A stretch of DNA of 64,000 nucleotides, taken from positions 2,080,001-2,144,000 of the forward strand of contig CAXXTB010000002.1 in NCBI GenBank assembly GCA_963676795.2, in the 5' to 3' direction. The notes beneath the pieces are model-generated. The model made no database searches. It had not been told where the DNA came from and saw only the letters and a list, made by a program, of their open reading frames with translations. Positions 47,423 to 58,168 of the stretch are shown piece after piece (the first letter of the stretch is position 1; each line of letters opens with the position of its first letter). Position numbers and translations under genes: made by a program. The DNA comes from Geopsychrobacteraceae bacterium (GTDB taxonomy: Bacteria > Desulfobacterota > Desulfuromonadia > Desulfuromonadales > Geopsychrobacteraceae).

Positions 47423-48747
47423 GATTTACGCCGCCCAACCATATAATTACTGCCCTTCTGTATTTTCAGATATTCCTTCAGACGGGCACACTCCTGACTG
47501 ATGGCCAGCCGTGAAGGATACTCATAGATCGTTGACGGAATGATGGCTATGGAAATTGTCATCAACGGAAATGTCCGCTCGACGCCATATCGATCTTTAC
47601 CGACAAAACTTCGCGCCTGGCGATCGTCCACATTGTAAAACGACGGGACCAGCCTGTCGAACTCACTGACGATCGCACCCGCGATCCGCTCGCTCTCTTC
47701 AATCGTCGTAACAACGACATAATCGTCACCCCCGATATGCCCGACAAGATCCTCACCGGTCCCCTCGCGGGCGACAACCTCCTTGATCAGCTCCCCGACC
47801 CTGGCAAGCACATCACTTCCCGAGTTGTAACCGTAACGATCACTGTATGACTTGAAATTATCCAGATCGATATAGAGATGGGCAAAAGGCACCTTGCCCG
47901 CGATCCGCTGATCAACCTCACGATCGATCGCCAGGTTTCCGGGCAACTGGGTCAACGGGTTGGCATCCAGGCGTATCTGCTCAAGTTCGCGCAACTTCTC
48001 ACCCATCTGCCGGAAATCGTTGGCCAGCTGAGAGAATTCATCGCCACCGGGCAGTTCCGGTTTATGCTCAAAACTCCCCGCAGAAAACTTACGCGTAGCG
48101 GCCTTCAGGGCATGCACCGATCGATGGATACTGATCAGCACTGTCACCGAGACCGGCGCAGAGAGACAGATACCGATCAGCGTCAGCAGAGCCGTCATCT
48201 GAAAGGCATGCCCAGTCCTGGAAGAAAGTTCGGCCAGCCCGGTATTGATCCTCTGTTGCTGCTGTTGGCGATAATCTGCCAGGAAGTTCAGCAGCTCAAC
48301 CCTTAACGGCACCATCTTTTCGTTAGACAGGGTCTGGGCTCTTTCCCAGTCCCCCCAGAACAACAGATCGGAGAGCTCATCGTCGACGGTACGATACTGA
48401 TTGACCAGCTTGATCAGCACATCCATCTGCTCAGTGCGCGGAGTCAAATTCAGCGCAAGGGTCAGGCGGACAAACTCATCATTCCTGTTGAGGCGCAATT
48501 CGCTGAGGGCCGGATCCCGCAGGATCAACAGCTGCTTTTCAATATTCTCCTGGGCAAGCAGGTTCTGCTGGATATCTCTGACCAGTTCAAAAGTATGAAA
48601 ATCGACATTTACGAGTTTTTCGGTCCGCAGCGTCTGCTGATGCATTGCTGTCAGAGCATAACCGACGGCACAGACACTGAACAGCACGATAACCAGAAAG
48701 CCGATAACGACCTTTTTGGTGACTGTCGAAAATAGATTTCGCAACAT
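47419..48747 (-). CDS. Membrane HAMP-GGDEF dinucleotide cyclase, Hypr (cGAMP synthase) type
   Basis: TM-periplasmic-TM-HAMP architecture; DANPLTQLPGN, DLDNFKSYSDRYGYNSGSDVL, GHIGGDDY. Confidence 0.85.
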   Translation of the reverse strand: MLRNLFSTVTKKVVIGFLVIVLFSVCAVGYALTAMHQQTLRTEKLVNVDFHTFELVRDIQQNLLAQENIEKQLLILRDPALSELRLNRNDEFVRLTLALNLTPRTEQMDVLIKLVNQYRTVDDELSDLLFWGDWERAQTLSNEKMVPLRVELLNFLADYRQQQQQRINTGLAELSSRTGHAFQMTALLTLIGICLSAPVSVTVLISIHRSVHALKAATRKFSAGSFEHKPELPGGDEFSQLANDFRQMGEKLRELEQIRLDANPLTQLPGNLAIDREVDQRIAGKVPFAHLYIDLDNFKSYSDRYGYNSGSDVLARVGELIKEVVAREGTGEDLVGHIGGDDYVVVTTIEESERIAGAIVSEFDRLVPSFYNVDDRQARSFVGKDRYGVERTFPLMTISIAIIPSTIYEYPSRLAISQECARLKEYLKIQKGSNYMVGRRKS

Positions 48748-48918
48748 ATTCCAGTTTCCGGAAAAAGGCGGAAGTCTTTGTAATAACTATTCCGTTGCAC
48801 CCAGGAATTACTAATAAACAAATTTTGAAGTTCAGATACTACTACATCGAAGCAAAAAACAACAGCGCCAGATGACGCTGCTTTTTGTATCTTTTGTGTC
48901 AACTGGTTTAAATTTCTC

Positions 48919-49626
48919 CTACATCCCCAGATAGGCCTTCCGGACATCATCGTTCACAAGCAGATTTTCCGCGGAATCGACCAGTGAAATGCGGCCATTT
49001 TCCATAACATAGCCACGATCGGCCAGTTTCAAGGCCTGATTGGCGTTCTGTTCGACCAGAAATATCGTCGTGTTGTTCTCTTTGTTGATCTGGCGGATAA
49101 TATCGAAGATCTGCTTGATGATCAACGGCGCCAGTCCCAGAGAAGGTTCGTCCAGCAGTAACACCCTTGGCCGCGCCATCAACGCACGGGAAATAGCCAG
49201 CATCTGCTGTTCACCGCCGGAAAGGGTACCACCTAGCTGATTGCGGCGTTTTTCCAGAATCGGGAAGAGGTCCATGACATAATTCAGGTCCTGCTGGATC
49301 AGCCGTTTGTTTTTGCGCAGGAAGGCCCCCATCTCGAGATTCTCCAAAACGGTCATTTCCGGAAAGATGCGGCGCCCCTCGGGAACCTGAATAATGCCCC
49401 GTTCAACGATCTTTTCCGCGCTGAGCTTCTGAATCGGGTCACCATCAAACAAAATCTCGCCACTGCGCGGCGGGGTAATCCCGCAGATCGACATCAGAGT
49501 CGTCGTCTTGCCCGCACCGTTGGCCCCGATCAGGGTAACGATCTCCCCTTCGTTGATCTCGATCGAGACATCCTTCAATGCCTGGATATTCCCGTAAAAA
49601 GTAGAAATATTCTGAACCTTAAGCAT
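48919..49626 (-). CDS. livF: Branched-chain amino acid ABC transporter ATPase
   Basis: GANGAGKT, VPEGRRIF, LSGGEQQM, DEPSLGL, VEQN. Start at 49626. Confidence 0.95.
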   Translation of the reverse strand: MLKVQNISTFYGNIQALKDVSIEINEGEIVTLIGANGAGKTTTLMSICGITPPRSGEILFDGDPIQKLSAEKIVERGIIQVPEGRRIFPEMTVLENLEMGAFLRKNKRLIQQDLNYVMDLFPILEKRRNQLGGTLSGGEQQMLAISRALMARPRVLLLDEPSLGLAPLIIKQIFDIIRQINKENNTTIFLVEQNANQALKLADRGYVMENGRISLVDSAENLLVNDDVRKAYLGM

Positions 49627-50419
49627 CTGTTTCCTCTCCCAGATAGGCCTCGATAACTTTCGGATTGTCCTTGATCTCCTGCGGACAGCCCTGGGCGATT
49701 TTCTTACCGTATTCCATGACATAGATCGGATTGGAGATATTCATAACCAGCTTCATATCGTGCTCAATCAGCAGGATAGCGATCTTCTCCTCTTCGCTGA
49801 TACGACAGATCAGATGATCGAGTTCGACCGTTTCCTGCGGGTTCATCCCTGCGGCAGGCTCGTCGAGCAGCAGCAGAAAGGGGTCAGTGGCCATCGCCCT
49901 GGCGATCTCAAGCCGGCGCTGAGCGCCATAGGGAAGATTTTTTGCGAAATCGTTGGCATGTTGTTCCAGCCCGACCTTCTTCAACAGACTGTAACAGGTT
50001 TCAACGATCTCCTGCTCTTCCCTGCGTACCCCCTTGTCGCGAATGATCGAACGGAAGATACCGGATCTGGTCCGGCAGTGCCGCCCGATCATGACGTTCT
50101 CGAGGACTGTCATATCAGCGAAGAGGCGAATATTTTGAAAGGTCCTGGCCAACCCCATCTCGGTCACCCTGTTCGGCTTCAGGCCGTTCAGACGCCGGGT
50201 CGACATCCCCTTGGGATGAAGCAGGATATCCCCCTTGGTCGGATTGTAGATTCCGGTGACGCAGTTGAAAAAGGTCGTCTTGCCGGCGCCGTTAGGCCCG
50301 ATCAGAGCGGCAATTTCCCCTTCGTGGACTTCAAGCGATACAGAATCGACAGCCCGCAAGCCGCCGAAGTCCATGGTCAACCCTTTGACTTCTAATAATT
50401 TATGCTTATTTTCAGCCAT
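49619..50419 (-). CDS. livG: Branched-chain amino acid ABC transporter ATPase
   Basis: GPNGAGKT, RTFQNIRLF, LPYG, DEPAAG, IEHDM, AYLG. Start at 50419. Confidence 0.95.
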   Translation of the reverse strand: MAENKHKLLEVKGLTMDFGGLRAVDSVSLEVHEGEIAALIGPNGAGKTTFFNCVTGIYNPTKGDILLHPKGMSTRRLNGLKPNRVTEMGLARTFQNIRLFADMTVLENVMIGRHCRTRSGIFRSIIRDKGVRREEQEIVETCYSLLKKVGLEQHANDFAKNLPYGAQRRLEIARAMATDPFLLLLDEPAAGMNPQETVELDHLICRISEEEKIAILLIEHDMKLVMNISNPIYVMEYGKKIAQGCPQEIKDNPKVIEAYLGEETDA

Positions 50420-51629
50420 TACTCTTCTCGCCCCTCGATCCTTTGTATTCATATATTTTGCGCAGATTACTGATCAACCCCTGAGGACGGAAGATCATCA
50501 TAATGACCATGGCGGCACCGAAGGCGAGCATGCGATATTCGGAGAAAGCGCGCAGATACTCAGGGAGCAGAATCAGGATGAAGGCGCCAAGAATAACCCC
50601 GAGAATCGAGCCCATTCCGCCCAGTACGACAATCGAGAGGATGATCGCCGACTCCATGAATGTAAAGCTCGCCGGGTTGATGAAGGTCGTCTTTGAAGCG
50701 AACAGAACGCCGACCATTCCCGCCCAGAAGGCTCCCAGAGCATAGGCGGACAGTTTGGTCCTTGCCATATCGATCCCCATGGCAACGCAGGCGATCTCAT
50801 CCTCGCGCAGGGCCATCCAGGCACGGCCGATGCGGCTGTTCTTCAAACGATTGGTAATCAGGATGGTAAACAAGACCAGAAGGATCATGATGTAGTAGAT
50901 ATAGATCGTCGACTGATCCAGATTCATATCGAAGCCGAAGAGCCCCGGCTTGTCGATGTTGGCAATTCCGCTCGGTCCCTGCGACAGCCAGCTCCAGTTT
51001 TCCATGACAATCTTGAAAATCATACCGAAGCCCAGCGTGACAATCGCCAGATAGTCACCACGCAGACGCAGGATAGGAAACCCGAGGACAACCCCGAACA
51101 GACAGCCCAGAATACCGCCAACCGGCAGGATGGCCCAGAAGCCGAGGCCGAAATGAAAATTCAGCAGCGCATAGGTATAGGCACCGACACCGAAGAAAGC
51201 GACATACCCCAGGTCGAGCAGACCGGCAAGACCGACGGTAATATTAAGGCCGAGCCCGAGCACGACATAAATCAGCGCGGAAATCATGATATTGGTCTGA
51301 TAGGTATCAACGACCAGAGGGAAAACCACTGCGATCACCAGGATACCAGCCATCAGCTTGTTGCGCAGGGAAGGATTATCGAGCAGGATCTGCAGCTTGC
51401 TGCGCGTGTCAGCGCCCTCCTCCATAACCTTGATTCTGCTCAGCTTGCGCTTGATCATATAGCGCCAGAGATAGGAGAGAACAAAAACAACGATCGCCAC
51501 CCAGAGCATGTTGATCCAGCGCCAGGTGACAAGCTGTTCCGAGGTGTTGACGCGGACGGCCATCAGGGGGAAAGTCAAAAAGACAAACCAGACGGAGACG
51601 ATCAGCGAATGTTTCAGATTATCCAGCAT
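50412..51629 (-). CDS. livM: Branched-chain amino acid ABC transporter permease
   Basis: GLLDLGYVAF, LRLRGDYLAIVTLGFG, ALREDE, VVLGGMG. Confidence 0.95.
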   Translation of the reverse strand: MLDNLKHSLIVSVWFVFLTFPLMAVRVNTSEQLVTWRWINMLWVAIVVFVLSYLWRYMIKRKLSRIKVMEEGADTRSKLQILLDNPSLRNKLMAGILVIAVVFPLVVDTYQTNIMISALIYVVLGLGLNITVGLAGLLDLGYVAFFGVGAYTYALLNFHFGLGFWAILPVGGILGCLFGVVLGFPILRLRGDYLAIVTLGFGMIFKIVMENWSWLSQGPSGIANIDKPGLFGFDMNLDQSTIYIYYIMILLVLFTILITNRLKNSRIGRAWMALREDEIACVAMGIDMARTKLSAYALGAFWAGMVGVLFASKTTFINPASFTFMESAIILSIVVLGGMGSILGVILGAFILILLPEYLRAFSEYRMLAFGAAMVIMMIFRPQGLISNLRKIYEYKGSRGEKSNG

Positions 51630-51641
51630 AAGTCTCCCCCG

Positions 51642-52544
51642 TTAAACCTTCTGCTTGCGGGTTTTCCCCAGAATACCCGACGGACGCAGTATCAGGATAA
51701 TGACCAGCAGCACAAAGGTAAAAACATCCTCGTAGTCACTGGAGATATAGCCGGCGGCAAAGCTCTCCGCCCAACCGAGGACCAGCCCCCCAAGAACCGC
51801 GCCGGCGATCGAACCGATCCCGCCGAGAACCGCTGCGGTAAAGGCTTTAACCCCGGCCAGAAAACCGATATAGAAGTTGACCTGACCGACATAGGAAGCG
51901 ACCAGAACACCACCAATGGCCGCCAGTCCGGAGCCGATGATAAAGGTAAGGGAGATGATCCGGTCGACATTGATACCGACCAGACGGGCCATGCTCATAT
52001 CCTGCTGAGTCGCCCGCATCGCCTTGCCGATCTTGGTTTTCTTGATCATCAGCGTGAGAAGAATCATCACCACCAGAGTCGTCACCAGAATAACCAGTTC
52101 CGGGGAACCAATGATATGGGCGACAGGATCCATGAAAGCGAACTCAGGAATCAGATTGGGAAAAGGAAGAAAGTCCGGAGTCTGTGCCAGCAGGACGTAA
52201 TTCTGCAGGAAAATCGACATACCGATGGCGCTGATCAACGGCGACAGGCGCGGAGCGCCACGTAACGGCCGGTAAGCAATACGCTCCAGCGTATAGCCGT
52301 AGGCACAGGCGTAGATTACCGCGACGATCCCGGCGAGGATCAGGATGGCTACCCCGCTCATGCCGTAGATTGTGCAGATTCCAGCGACAATAAGAGCGAT
52401 AAAAGCACCGATCATGTAGATCTCACCATGGGCAAAGTTGATCAACTGAATGATCCCGTAAACCATGGTGTAGCCAAGGGCGATCAACGCGTAGATACTC
52501 CCGCGCGTCAACCCGCCGAAAAACAGTTCCAGAAAATATTCCAT
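51642..52544 (-). CDS. livH: Branched-chain amino acid ABC transporter permease
   Basis: YALIALGYTMVYGI..INFAHG, KAFTAAVLGGIG, RPSGILG. Confidence 0.95.
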   Translation of the reverse strand: MEYFLELFFGGLTRGSIYALIALGYTMVYGIIQLINFAHGEIYMIGAFIALIVAGICTIYGMSGVAILILAGIVAVIYACAYGYTLERIAYRPLRGAPRLSPLISAIGMSIFLQNYVLLAQTPDFLPFPNLIPEFAFMDPVAHIIGSPELVILVTTLVVMILLTLMIKKTKIGKAMRATQQDMSMARLVGINVDRIISLTFIIGSGLAAIGGVLVASYVGQVNFYIGFLAGVKAFTAAVLGGIGSIAGAVLGGLVLGWAESFAAGYISSDYEDVFTFVLLVIILILRPSGILGKTRKQKV

Positions 52545-52735
52545 AGTAACAACCGTAAAAAAAGTTGAATTTCACCAGCCAAGAAAACACGCATAAGAAA
52601 TACGGCTGTCCTGTGCTGACAGATCTCCGACAAAAGATGAGGGGCTGGTATTCACCAGCCCCCCTGTTGTAGTTCAGTTCTTCAATAGTCCCGCTTTGCC
52701 ATAAGTCCAACAGCAAGCATCAGCATATTCCCTGC

Positions 52736-53845
52736 TTAGAGTTCGACAAAAGTGCCGTTTTCAACCTTGTAGATGGAGAAACCAACGCCTTCGGCATCCC
52801 CCTTGGCATCGAACTTGATTTTACCGACCGGGGTCTCGACATACTCGTTGCGCAGTGCGTTGGTCACTGCGGCGTAGTCGGTCGAGCCAGCCTTTTCAAT
52901 GGCGTTGAGCAGTGCAAGAGCGGCAGAGTAGCCCTCCTGAAAGAAGGCGCCCGGATCTTCGCCGTACTCGGCCTTGTACTCAGCATAGGCTTCTTTATTG
53001 AGCGATATCCTGGACAGATCGCGAGGCCCGGTCATGTATGCACCTTCTGCCGAATCTCCAGCAACTTTGAGGAAGCTCTCATCCTTGACACCGTCATCGG
53101 AGACAAACAGGGCATCGAGACGCTTGCGTTTCATCGAAGACACCAGCTTGGAGGCCTCCGGATGGTAACCGCCGAAAATAACCGCTTCAGCTTTTTCACG
53201 GCGAATCTTGCCAACAATTGAATCGTAATTGATCGCACCTGGAGTGATCCCTTCAAACAGGACAACTTCAGCTTTCCCCGATTCATCAAGGAACTTCTTG
53301 GCAAACTCGGCAAATCCCTTGCCGTAATCCCCTTTGTCGTGGATGACCGCAACCTTTTTCAGGCCCAGGGTGTTGATGACAAAGTCGACGGCCATTTTGG
53401 CCTGCATGTCATCGGAAGCGATGGTCCGGAAAAAGTTTGGATAGTCGCCACTCTGAGTCAGCGGCGGATTGGTTGCCGATGGAGACATGACCGGAACCTG
53501 TGCGTCCTTGTAGATACCGAGGGCCGCCTTGGTTGCTCCGGAGCAGATATGGCCAAGAACGACATCTGCACCATCAGTGATCAGTTTGGTCGCAGTGTTG
53601 GTGGCGATCTCGGGTTTACACTGATCGTCCTGGATCAGCAGTTCAACCTGCTTACCGAGCACTCCACCATTGGCATTGATTTTTTTAACAACAAGTTGAG
53701 CCGCTTTCATACTCGGGATGCCATATGGGGCAAGGTCACCACTATGAGGACCGGCAACACCAAGCTTGATGGTATCTGCAGCGAACGCTGTCGCTGAAGT
53801 GCAGACCATAACGGCCAAAGATAAGACAACAGCAATTTTCTTCAT
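52736..53845 (-). CDS. livK: Branched-chain amino acid ABC transporter substrate-binding protein
   Basis: Signal peptide, DDQCKP, GHICSG, HDK..YGKG, GGYHPE. Start at 53845 after a GGAGG RBS. Confidence 0.92.
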   Translation of the reverse strand: MKKIAVVLSLAVMVCTSATAFAADTIKLGVAGPHSGDLAPYGIPSMKAAQLVVKKINANGGVLGKQVELLIQDDQCKPEIATNTATKLITDGADVVLGHICSGATKAALGIYKDAQVPVMSPSATNPPLTQSGDYPNFFRTIASDDMQAKMAVDFVINTLGLKKVAVIHDKGDYGKGFAEFAKKFLDESGKAEVVLFEGITPGAINYDSIVGKIRREKAEAVIFGGYHPEASKLVSSMKRKRLDALFVSDDGVKDESFLKVAGDSAEGAYMTGPRDLSRISLNKEAYAEYKAEYGEDPGAFFQEGYSAALALLNAIEKAGSTDYAAVTNALRNEYVETPVGKIKFDAKGDAEGVGFSIYKVENGTFVEL

Positions 53846-54001
53846 TCCCTTGCCTCCTGAAGTGTTTTTGTTACGAAAAGTGAGGATCATATCGATTTTC
53901 AAGTATTCAGATATAGAACAATTGACCAGCATGGTCAAGAATAAACAATTCCCCCGCCAAACGACAAGACTGATTAAATATCAACAACTTCCGCATCCTG
54001 A

Positions 54002-54955
54002 TCAAGCTGAAACGATCTCAGAATAAGACTTTCTCATCTCATCAAGCATGGCCTGAATCTTTGTCTGACTGACAACCAGTCGAGCCAGGCCGTTGAGCTC
54101 GGCATAGAAACGCTCCAGCTCGGCAGGCTTCAGTTCCGGACCGATTGCATTTGCGGCTTTTTCGACCTGGGTGACACCTATTTTGCCGAGGTGCCGGGTG
54201 GCAATTTTTTTCAGTTCGGCAATCAACGCATTGCGCCTGCTGGCCTGTGCATCGAGAACCTCACGAACAGAGGACTCATCGCGTTTCTGTCGGTCCTCAA
54301 GCAGGGTCGTTCTGGTCCGCTGCCAGATCGGCCTCAGGTCGGCCGAGCCCATCAGATCAGCCAGCACAATCTGGTCGGTACTGCGGATTTCGACGACATC
54401 CAGCTTAGCCCCCGGCATGAGCGCGATAGACTCTTGCGGATTGACGTCCTGCTCAAGATCAACGGAATTGTCCAGGAAGAAACCGAGCGGGTAACCATGA
54501 TCGTAATAGATCAGGGTCACCCTGTCGCCGGCATAGAGCCTTATGCAGACCGTAAGTTCTTCAGACTTGATTTTCTCAAGCAGCAGCTCGACGTCGATCT
54601 GCGCCAGTTCCTTGCCTTTGAGCAGGTAGCGCCCGTGCAGCAGGGCATGAAGGCTTAAGATCAAGTCTTGCGATACCTTAAAGATATTGAGTGTCGCTTC
54701 GCCCGCGATCGAAGTTTCGAAAACCCGGGCAATTGCATCATAGGCGATATAGCGTTCCGTCTCCCCTTGCGTAACATAGATGGCGCTGATCAGCCGCCCC
54801 TTTTCAAACAGGATGACACCCGTTCCGGCTGCTGCGTCAAAACGCAGAAAACCGGTAAAAGAGCCCTTGCGCAGCTTTTCCATGGCTTCAGGCAAATTGA
54901 TTCGGGCAGGATTAACCCGCTGTCTGACTGCTGATCCTCGTGGCAGAAAAATCAT
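54002..54955 (-). CDS. Conserved hypothetical protein (two DUF4388-like repeats suspected)
   Basis: FTGFLRF...GVILFEKG and a second similar unit. Function not recognisable. Confidence 0.65.
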   Translation of the reverse strand: MIFLPRGSAVRQRVNPARINLPEAMEKLRKGSFTGFLRFDAAAGTGVILFEKGRLISAIYVTQGETERYIAYDAIARVFETSIAGEATLNIFKVSQDLILSLHALLHGRYLLKGKELAQIDVELLLEKIKSEELTVCIRLYAGDRVTLIYYDHGYPLGFFLDNSVDLEQDVNPQESIALMPGAKLDVVEIRSTDQIVLADLMGSADLRPIWQRTRTTLLEDRQKRDESSVREVLDAQASRRNALIAELKKIATRHLGKIGVTQVEKAANAIGPELKPAELERFYAELNGLARLVVSQTKIQAMLDEMRKSYSEIVSA

Positions 54956-55041
54956 AGACGCAACCCCGGTTTACACCGTCAAATTCACTTTCGGATAGAA
55001 TAATTGATTCGGAATCCTAACACTTTTCCAACAAAAAAGCT

Positions 55042-56952
55042 TTAGTCTTGCAGCAATTCCCACTGACGATAACTCTCATCAAGCTGATCTTTGGCCAGCT
55101 TGTATTCACCGCTGACCCGACGCCACAGCTCCTCATCCTGGTAGAGATCCGGATCGGCCATACGCTGTTCAAGCTCCTGGAGTGTCTCTTCCCGGGCTTC
55201 AATTTCCGCTTCAATCCTGGCCAGTTCTTTCTGCTTTTTCTGCTCTTTGCGCTGCTCCTCTTTACGTTGAGCGTGAGCTTTTACGCGGGATTCCTTATCA
55301 CCGGAAGACTCCTCCTGACGATCGACCTGTTGTTCAACCCGCTGGGTACTGTGCGTGAAATCCCCGGCAACCGCCTTGTGCCTGAGGAAATCTTCATAGT
55401 TGCCCAAGTGCGATTGTACCGTGCCACCACCGACTTCAAGCACCCGACTGGCCAGATGATCGACAAAGTAACGATCATGCGAAACAAAAACGATGGTTCC
55501 GGAATAACTCCGCAAAGCATCGAGCAGAACCTGTTTCGACTGCAGATCAAGATGGTTGGTCGGTTCATCAAGCAGTAACAGGTTGGCAGGACGCAGCAAC
55601 AGCTTGGCCAGAGCGAGCCGGTTGCGTTCACCACCGGACAGAACCCTGACCGATTTTTCGATATCATCTCCCGAAAAAAGGAAAGAGCCCAGGATATTTC
55701 TCAGCTTCGGCACCATAGCGACCGGAGCATCCGCCAGAATCTCCTCGTAGACGGTACGGTTCGGATTAAGTTCCAGGGCCTGATCCTGGGCAAAGTAGGC
55801 CTGCATCAGATTGTGCCCCTCCTCGCGGGTTCCGCTGACCGGAGCTTCGACACCGGCCAACAGACGCATCAGTGTTGACTTGCCTGCCCCGTTCGGACCG
55901 ACCAGTGAGAGCCGCTCCCCCTGCTCAACATAGACGTTGACATTCTTCAGAACCGCCAGATCCCCATAACTCTGGGAAGCCCCGTGAAGAGCGATCGCCA
56001 TGCGTCCCCCCTTGGGCGGGACAGGAAAATGAAAGGCGATCTTTTTGCGTTCCGGCGGCAGGGAAATACGCTCGATCTTTTCCAGTTGCTTGATCCGGCT
56101 CTGCACCTGGGAGGCCTTGTTGGCCTGATAACGAAAGCGGTTAATAAAGGCTTCGGTCTTGGCAATCTCTTCATCCTGCTGCAACTTGGCGGCTTTAAGC
56201 GCGGCAACCCGCTCGTCCCGCGTCCGCACGTAACTCGAATAATTCCCAGAGTATTCGGTCAGGGCCCCATTCCAGACCTCGACGATCTTGCTGACAACCT
56301 GATCAAGAAAGAAACGGTCGTGAGAGACCAGAACAACGGCATGGGGATAACTTTGCAGATAGTTTTCAAGCCAGTCGCGGGCCGGCAGGTCGAGGTGGTT
56401 GGTCGGCTCGTCCAGCAGCAGAACATTCGGGCGCTGCAGCAGCAGCTTGGCCAGCGCGATACGCATCTGCCAGCCCCCGGAAAAGGTATCACAGGGTTTT
56501 TCAAAGTCGTCGTTGGAAAAACCAAGGCCATGCAGAACCTTGCCGACCTCGGCTTCCATCGTATAGCCGCCACGCTGTTCAAAAAGATGCTGCAACTCGG
56601 CATAGCGGATCAGCGTCTCATCCCCGGCGGATGACAAATCCTTTTCAAACTGCCTGAGATCGAGTTCCATCTGCTGCAGATCGGCCAGCGCACTCTGTGC
56701 CTCGGCAAACAGGGTCCGCCCTTTATAGGCAAGACCGTCCTGAGGCAGATAGCCGTAGGTTGTCCCCTTGGCGTATTGCAGTTCTCCGCCGTCGTATTCG
56801 ACCAATCCGGAGAGCAGTTTCAACAATGTCGATTTCCCGGCACCATTTTCGCCACACAAACCGATCTTGTCAGGAGGGCGAATGTGCCAGTTTATTTTGC
56901 GAAAAATCTGCCTGTCGGCGAAAAACTTATCAATATCTCTAAGCTGTATCAT
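55042..56952 (-). CDS. ABC-F family ATPase
   Basis: Two ABC domains (GENGAGKS, FSGGW, DEPTNHLD; GPNGAGKS, LSGGE), no TM segments, C-terminal coiled coil. Confidence 0.95.
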   Translation of the reverse strand: MIQLRDIDKFFADRQIFRKINWHIRPPDKIGLCGENGAGKSTLLKLLSGLVEYDGGELQYAKGTTYGYLPQDGLAYKGRTLFAEAQSALADLQQMELDLRQFEKDLSSAGDETLIRYAELQHLFEQRGGYTMEAEVGKVLHGLGFSNDDFEKPCDTFSGGWQMRIALAKLLLQRPNVLLLDEPTNHLDLPARDWLENYLQSYPHAVVLVSHDRFFLDQVVSKIVEVWNGALTEYSGNYSSYVRTRDERVAALKAAKLQQDEEIAKTEAFINRFRYQANKASQVQSRIKQLEKIERISLPPERKKIAFHFPVPPKGGRMAIALHGASQSYGDLAVLKNVNVYVEQGERLSLVGPNGAGKSTLMRLLAGVEAPVSGTREEGHNLMQAYFAQDQALELNPNRTVYEEILADAPVAMVPKLRNILGSFLFSGDDIEKSVRVLSGGERNRLALAKLLLRPANLLLLDEPTNHLDLQSKQVLLDALRSYSGTIVFVSHDRYFVDHLASRVLEVGGGTVQSHLGNYEDFLRHKAVAGDFTHSTQRVEQQVDRQEESSGDKESRVKAHAQRKEEQRKEQKKQKELARIEAEIEAREETLQELEQRMADPDLYQDEELWRRVSGEYKLAKDQLDESYRQWELLQD

Positions 56953-57024
56953 GCTTTAATCCGAGCCAAGTCACTTGAAAAAGCTCCTTATACCACAACG
57001 CCCGACAGGTCAAAAGCTTTGACG

Positions 57025-57060
57025 CAAAAAACGCCTTCCGCGTGCGGAAGGCGTTTTTTG
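57025..57060 (-). terminator. Rho-independent terminator
   Basis: CAAAAAACGCCTTCCGC-GT-GCGGAAGGCGTTTTTTG. Confidence 0.85.
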
Positions 57061-57083
57061 CCAAAACACTGTAACTATTCTTC

Positions 57084-57779
57084 TTAACTGGTATATCTGA
57101 TCAGATACTCCTCGATCAGAGACGCGATCTTATCGATCCCCATACGACCGTTATTGATAACCAGATGATAGAGCTTGGCATCGGTAAGATCTTCCCTGGT
57201 AAAACGGGCGATAAAATCATCGCGCTGCTTTTTGTGCAGTTCAATGAATTTCCGCGCTTCGTTCTCGGACATCTTATGGTAATCCATTATCTTCTGAACA
57301 CGGAATTGCTCAGCGGCAACCAACCGGACATGAATGCAGTTTTTCAGATCCTGAGCGGCGCAAACAGCACCCCGCCCGACGATAACGCAGTTGCCCCGCT
57401 CGGCAAAACCACGCAGTGCGCTGCGCATACAGGAAAAGATTTCGGTTTCCTCCGCCATGCAACCGTCAAGAAACATGGAGAAGATCGACTTAAGAGATTG
57501 CGGAGTATCCTGAGACTTTTCAATCTGATCAACAGAATAGCCCGACAACCTGGCCACTTCATTAAAGATCTGGCGATCGAGTACAATCCAGGGATTGCCG
57601 GCGGTTCTCGCATTGAAACGTTCAACCAGTTTCTCCGCCAGAGGATAGGCCTGACAGCCGAACTCCCTGGCAATAGTGATACAGGGCGCAGGCTTGCCAT
57701 CACCGGCCCACTGTTGCATTTTATGCCAAGCCTGCAATTTTGATTCAAGTTGCGGAGTCCAGAATTCTTTATTTGACAT
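57084..57779 (-). CDS. Cytidylate kinase-like family protein
   Basis: ITIAREFGC, VIVGRG, HVRLVA, YHLVIN. Confidence 0.85.
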   Translation of the reverse strand: MSNKEFWTPQLESKLQAWHKMQQWAGDGKPAPCITIAREFGCQAYPLAEKLVERFNARTAGNPWIVLDRQIFNEVARLSGYSVDQIEKSQDTPQSLKSIFSMFLDGCMAEETEIFSCMRSALRGFAERGNCVIVGRGAVCAAQDLKNCIHVRLVAAEQFRVQKIMDYHKMSENEARKFIELHKKQRDDFIARFTREDLTDAKLYHLVINNGRMGIDKIASLIEEYLIRYTS

Positions 57780-58168
57780 AACGTCCTCCCTTCCGGTTCA
57801 GATTGCACGCTGCCTATTATCAGGAGTATAGCACAGATAGCTAAGGCAGCATGCCTGCACCGGCGTCCGGAGAAATCCTGAATTGATTAGGATCAGGTAA
57901 AATATCGGCACCTTAACTTAATTAAATGTCTTTTTTTTTGTTTGCTGATATAATGCGACCTCAATTGGATATCGACTCTGCTTCCGCCACATCAGGCGTT
58001 GAGGCGGATCTTTATAAAAACAGTTTCGTATCCGCTCATCTATTTCAGCAGCGGAAACAGTAAGTCAGAGACCGGCATCGGCTCGGACCCCGTTTTTAAC
58101 GAACGGAGAGGTCTGCTATCGCCGACAAGGTCGTAACCGCGCAGACGCGGCCAGAAAGGTTATACATA

